64,000 nucleotides of DNA from an uncultured Armatimonadia bacterium (GTDB taxonomy: Bacteria; Armatimonadota; Zipacnadia; CAVVLO01). Below, one piece after another: positions 61,940 through 64,000 of the stretch (its first letter is position 1; the number at the start of each line of letters is the position of its first letter). The notes beneath the pieces were generated by a model. That model was not told the origin of the DNA and made no database searches. It saw only the letters and a program-made list of their open reading frames with translations. The stretch lies in assembly GCA_963749155.1 (NCBI GenBank), contig CAVVLO010000003.1:96001-160000 (forward strand), in the 5' to 3' direction. A program made the translations under genes and the position numbers.

Positions 61940-63163
61940 ATGAAAGCTCTCCTGCTGCTCGCGATACTGTTCGTTGGTCTGTACAGGGCCAGTCTGGCCC
62001 AGGGTTTCGTCACCGCTGATGGTCCCAGGTTGCTGCTTGACGGCCAGGAATATCGCGCTATCGGCGTGAACCTTCCCCATCTCCACACCGCCTACAACGG
62101 CACCTGGCACCATAACGCCGAAAAATATGGCACTCCCGAGAACGCCCGGCAGGCTGTGATTGATGCGATTGAGGACGCAGAGCGAAGCAAAGTAGCCTTC
62201 ATCCGATTTTTCGCGAATCCCGGCTATCCAATCGATATAGACAAGCTGTTCACCAGAGACAACGAGGAATACTGGCGTCAGTTCGACGAGGTCGTCGAGC
62301 TATGCCGCGCGCACAATCTCAAGCTCGTGCCCTCCTTCAATATGATGAGCACCTGGCACTGGTACTTCAACGAGCCCAGGCAGGCTCTGCTTGATCCAGG
62401 TTCAAAGACCCATAAAGCCTCTTACGACTATATCCGGCAGCTTGTGACCCGCTACAAAGACGACCCGGTAATCCTGATGTGGGAACTTGCCAACGAGGCG
62501 ATGCTAGGCTGTGATGTGGATGTCGCAGGGCAGCCTGGAATGAACGCTGGCCTCTTTTCGCCGGGAGTCGAACCGCGCGAGCTCCAGACCCGCGAGGACT
62601 GTTTTACCTGGGACCTCTTGCTGCGCATCTATAAAGAACAGACCACTTTCATAAAGGCACTCGACCCTAATCATCTCGTGACCAGCGGCGATGCCAGCGT
62701 GCGCGCCGAGTGCACAAGCCGACGCGAGACCTTCCCCGATTTTAAATATCGCAGCGACACCTATCGTGAATGGATTGCCAACAACCTCGCCTCGCAGCCG
62801 GAGCCACTCGAGGTCGCCAGTTATCATATCTATGGCGGCCCTTCGGACACGACCTCCTGGGATGGCGCCTTCAAGCTGCCCCCGCTCGAGTTCTACAGAG
62901 GCCTCATACGCGCAACTCACGCGGCGCAGATGCCAGTCTTCATCGGAGAGTTCGGCCAGCACAATCCTTCCTTCCTGGAGGACCCGGAGGCTTCTTTCAC
63001 GAGGGCGCTGATTGATCTGTTCGAGCAGGAAGAGGTTTCACTGGCGGCGCTTTGGGTTTGGCATTTCAACTGGCAGCCCGACCTGACCGTCAGCAGCGCC
63101 ACCCACCCGCTACTCACCGAGCGCATCGCCGAGTTCAATCGCAAATATGCGGGGCTTGAGTAA
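61940..63163 (+). CDS. Secreted GH5 glycoside hydrolase (mannanase-like)
   Basis: RYKDDPVILMWELANE, DPNHLVTSG, SYHIY, PVFIGEFG. Confidence 0.85.
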   Translation: MKALLLLAILFVGLYRASLAQGFVTADGPRLLLDGQEYRAIGVNLPHLHTAYNGTWHHNAEKYGTPENARQAVIDAIEDAERSKVAFIRFFANPGYPIDIDKLFTRDNEEYWRQFDEVVELCRAHNLKLVPSFNMMSTWHWYFNEPRQALLDPGSKTHKASYDYIRQLVTRYKDDPVILMWELANEAMLGCDVDVAGQPGMNAGLFSPGVEPRELQTREDCFTWDLLLRIYKEQTTFIKALDPNHLVTSGDASVRAECTSRRETFPDFKYRSDTYREWIANNLASQPEPLEVASYHIYGGPSDTTSWDGAFKLPPLEFYRGLIRATHAAQMPVFIGEFGQHNPSFLEDPEASFTRALIDLFEQEEVSLAALWVWHFNWQPDLTVSSATHPLLTERIAEFNRKYAGLE

Positions 63164-63232
63164 CTGGCCAGGCTACTTCAAAATGGCCCAGCTCTGCAGA
63201 AGAGCTACTCCGAGAAGAAACTGAGTGCAGTA

Positions 63233-64000
63233 CTAGAAAGCAGGATAGTAACTCAGAGGCCCGTCCTGAGGACTTATCCCTGTGATCTCATCTCCGCGCC
63301 ATCGGAAGATGTAGACGCGCCCTGAGGGCATACGCTCGACACTTTCCCTCTCGGGCAGACTGTAGGCAAGCACAACCTGGCTTTGCGCAGTCAGTTGCTT
63401 TCGCGCAATCGAGGCATACTGGCCAACGCGTTCGAGGGGCTGCTCAATACCGTCGATGGTCAGCTGCAGGATGACTCAGGCGCCCAGCCAGGCAGCCTGA
63501 TCATCAGATTGGTTGGCTGGACAGGGACGACTGTCAACTCGCCGCGCTCTGCCCTGCGACTCGTCAGCGCAAGGTGGTCATCGGCATAATCGAAATGCAG
63601 ATTGATCCAGCTTGTGCCTGCGGTGTGAGTGCAGATATGGTGATAGACATCACAGAGAGTATGAGTTACGGCGGCGGTAATATCTGGAGTGCAGCCCTTC
63701 CCCGAATGACATTCTCCATGGACACCCCAGGCCCCCAGATCGCGTCGCATAAAAGTGCCTTCGGGATATGCTTCGAACTCTTCCTGGCTCATCTGCATTG
63801 GAAGTAGTCGGCAGCGAACCAGGCGCTCCACATCGTCCAGCAGGTCTTTCTGGCCCGCGCGCAAGGCAAGCCAGAGCGCAAGCTGCACCGAATCGCCGGT
63901 GCTGGCAGGTTCTCCGACAGGATCGCCGTGATTATTGGGGAAGCGCATCATGCCCAAATCATGGGGAGCCCAGCCAGATTCTCTTACGATCTGCCCGCGC
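63233..64000 (-). CDS. C-terminal part of a GH127-like protein (5' end outside the window; frameshift near 63460)
   Basis: DDVERLVRCRLL, INLHFD, LMIRLPGWAP; continues in another frame to ..RWRGDEITGISP..YPAF* at 63233. Confidence 0.6.

Noticed and set aside
3660..63460. Programmed frameshifting or recoding as the explanation for about a dozen split genes
   Set aside because: The breaks fall in unrelated conserved enzymes and share no evident slippery motif; sequencing indels are the simpler explanation

Overview
GC-rich bacterial chromosomal window, most likely Armatimonadota. That placement is inferred from two DUF1559-type prepilin genes with H-X9-DG motifs, seven uroporphyrinogen-decarboxylase/MtaA-family paralogues and many secreted CAZymes. 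It encodes about 45 proteins, mostly for carbohydrate breakdown (GH43, GH123-like, GH50-like, GH95, GH29-like, GH5, GH39-like, GH127-like, heparinase/alginate-lyase-like and two paralogues of an unnamed GH-like family). It also has ldh, ppk2, rhaB, a DPS-like ferritin, glycosylation genes and tRNA-Asn(GTT). About a dozen genes are split by frameshifts, probably long-read indel errors. No CRISPR array, IS or integrase was seen. The most interesting signals are non-coding: (1) three copies of an element in which a sigma-54 promoter is directly followed by a conserved four-G-tract (G-quadruplex-capable) sequence, with one copy lying between 24-bp direct repeats; (2) a SigH-like promoter motif (GCAGG[A/G]-N17-GAA) in front of at least 11 transcription units; (3) a 12-bp inverted repeat joining the 5' and 3' UTRs of a prepilin gene; (4) an orphan structured sRNA candidate. 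All family calls come from recognising motifs by eye, not from database searches.
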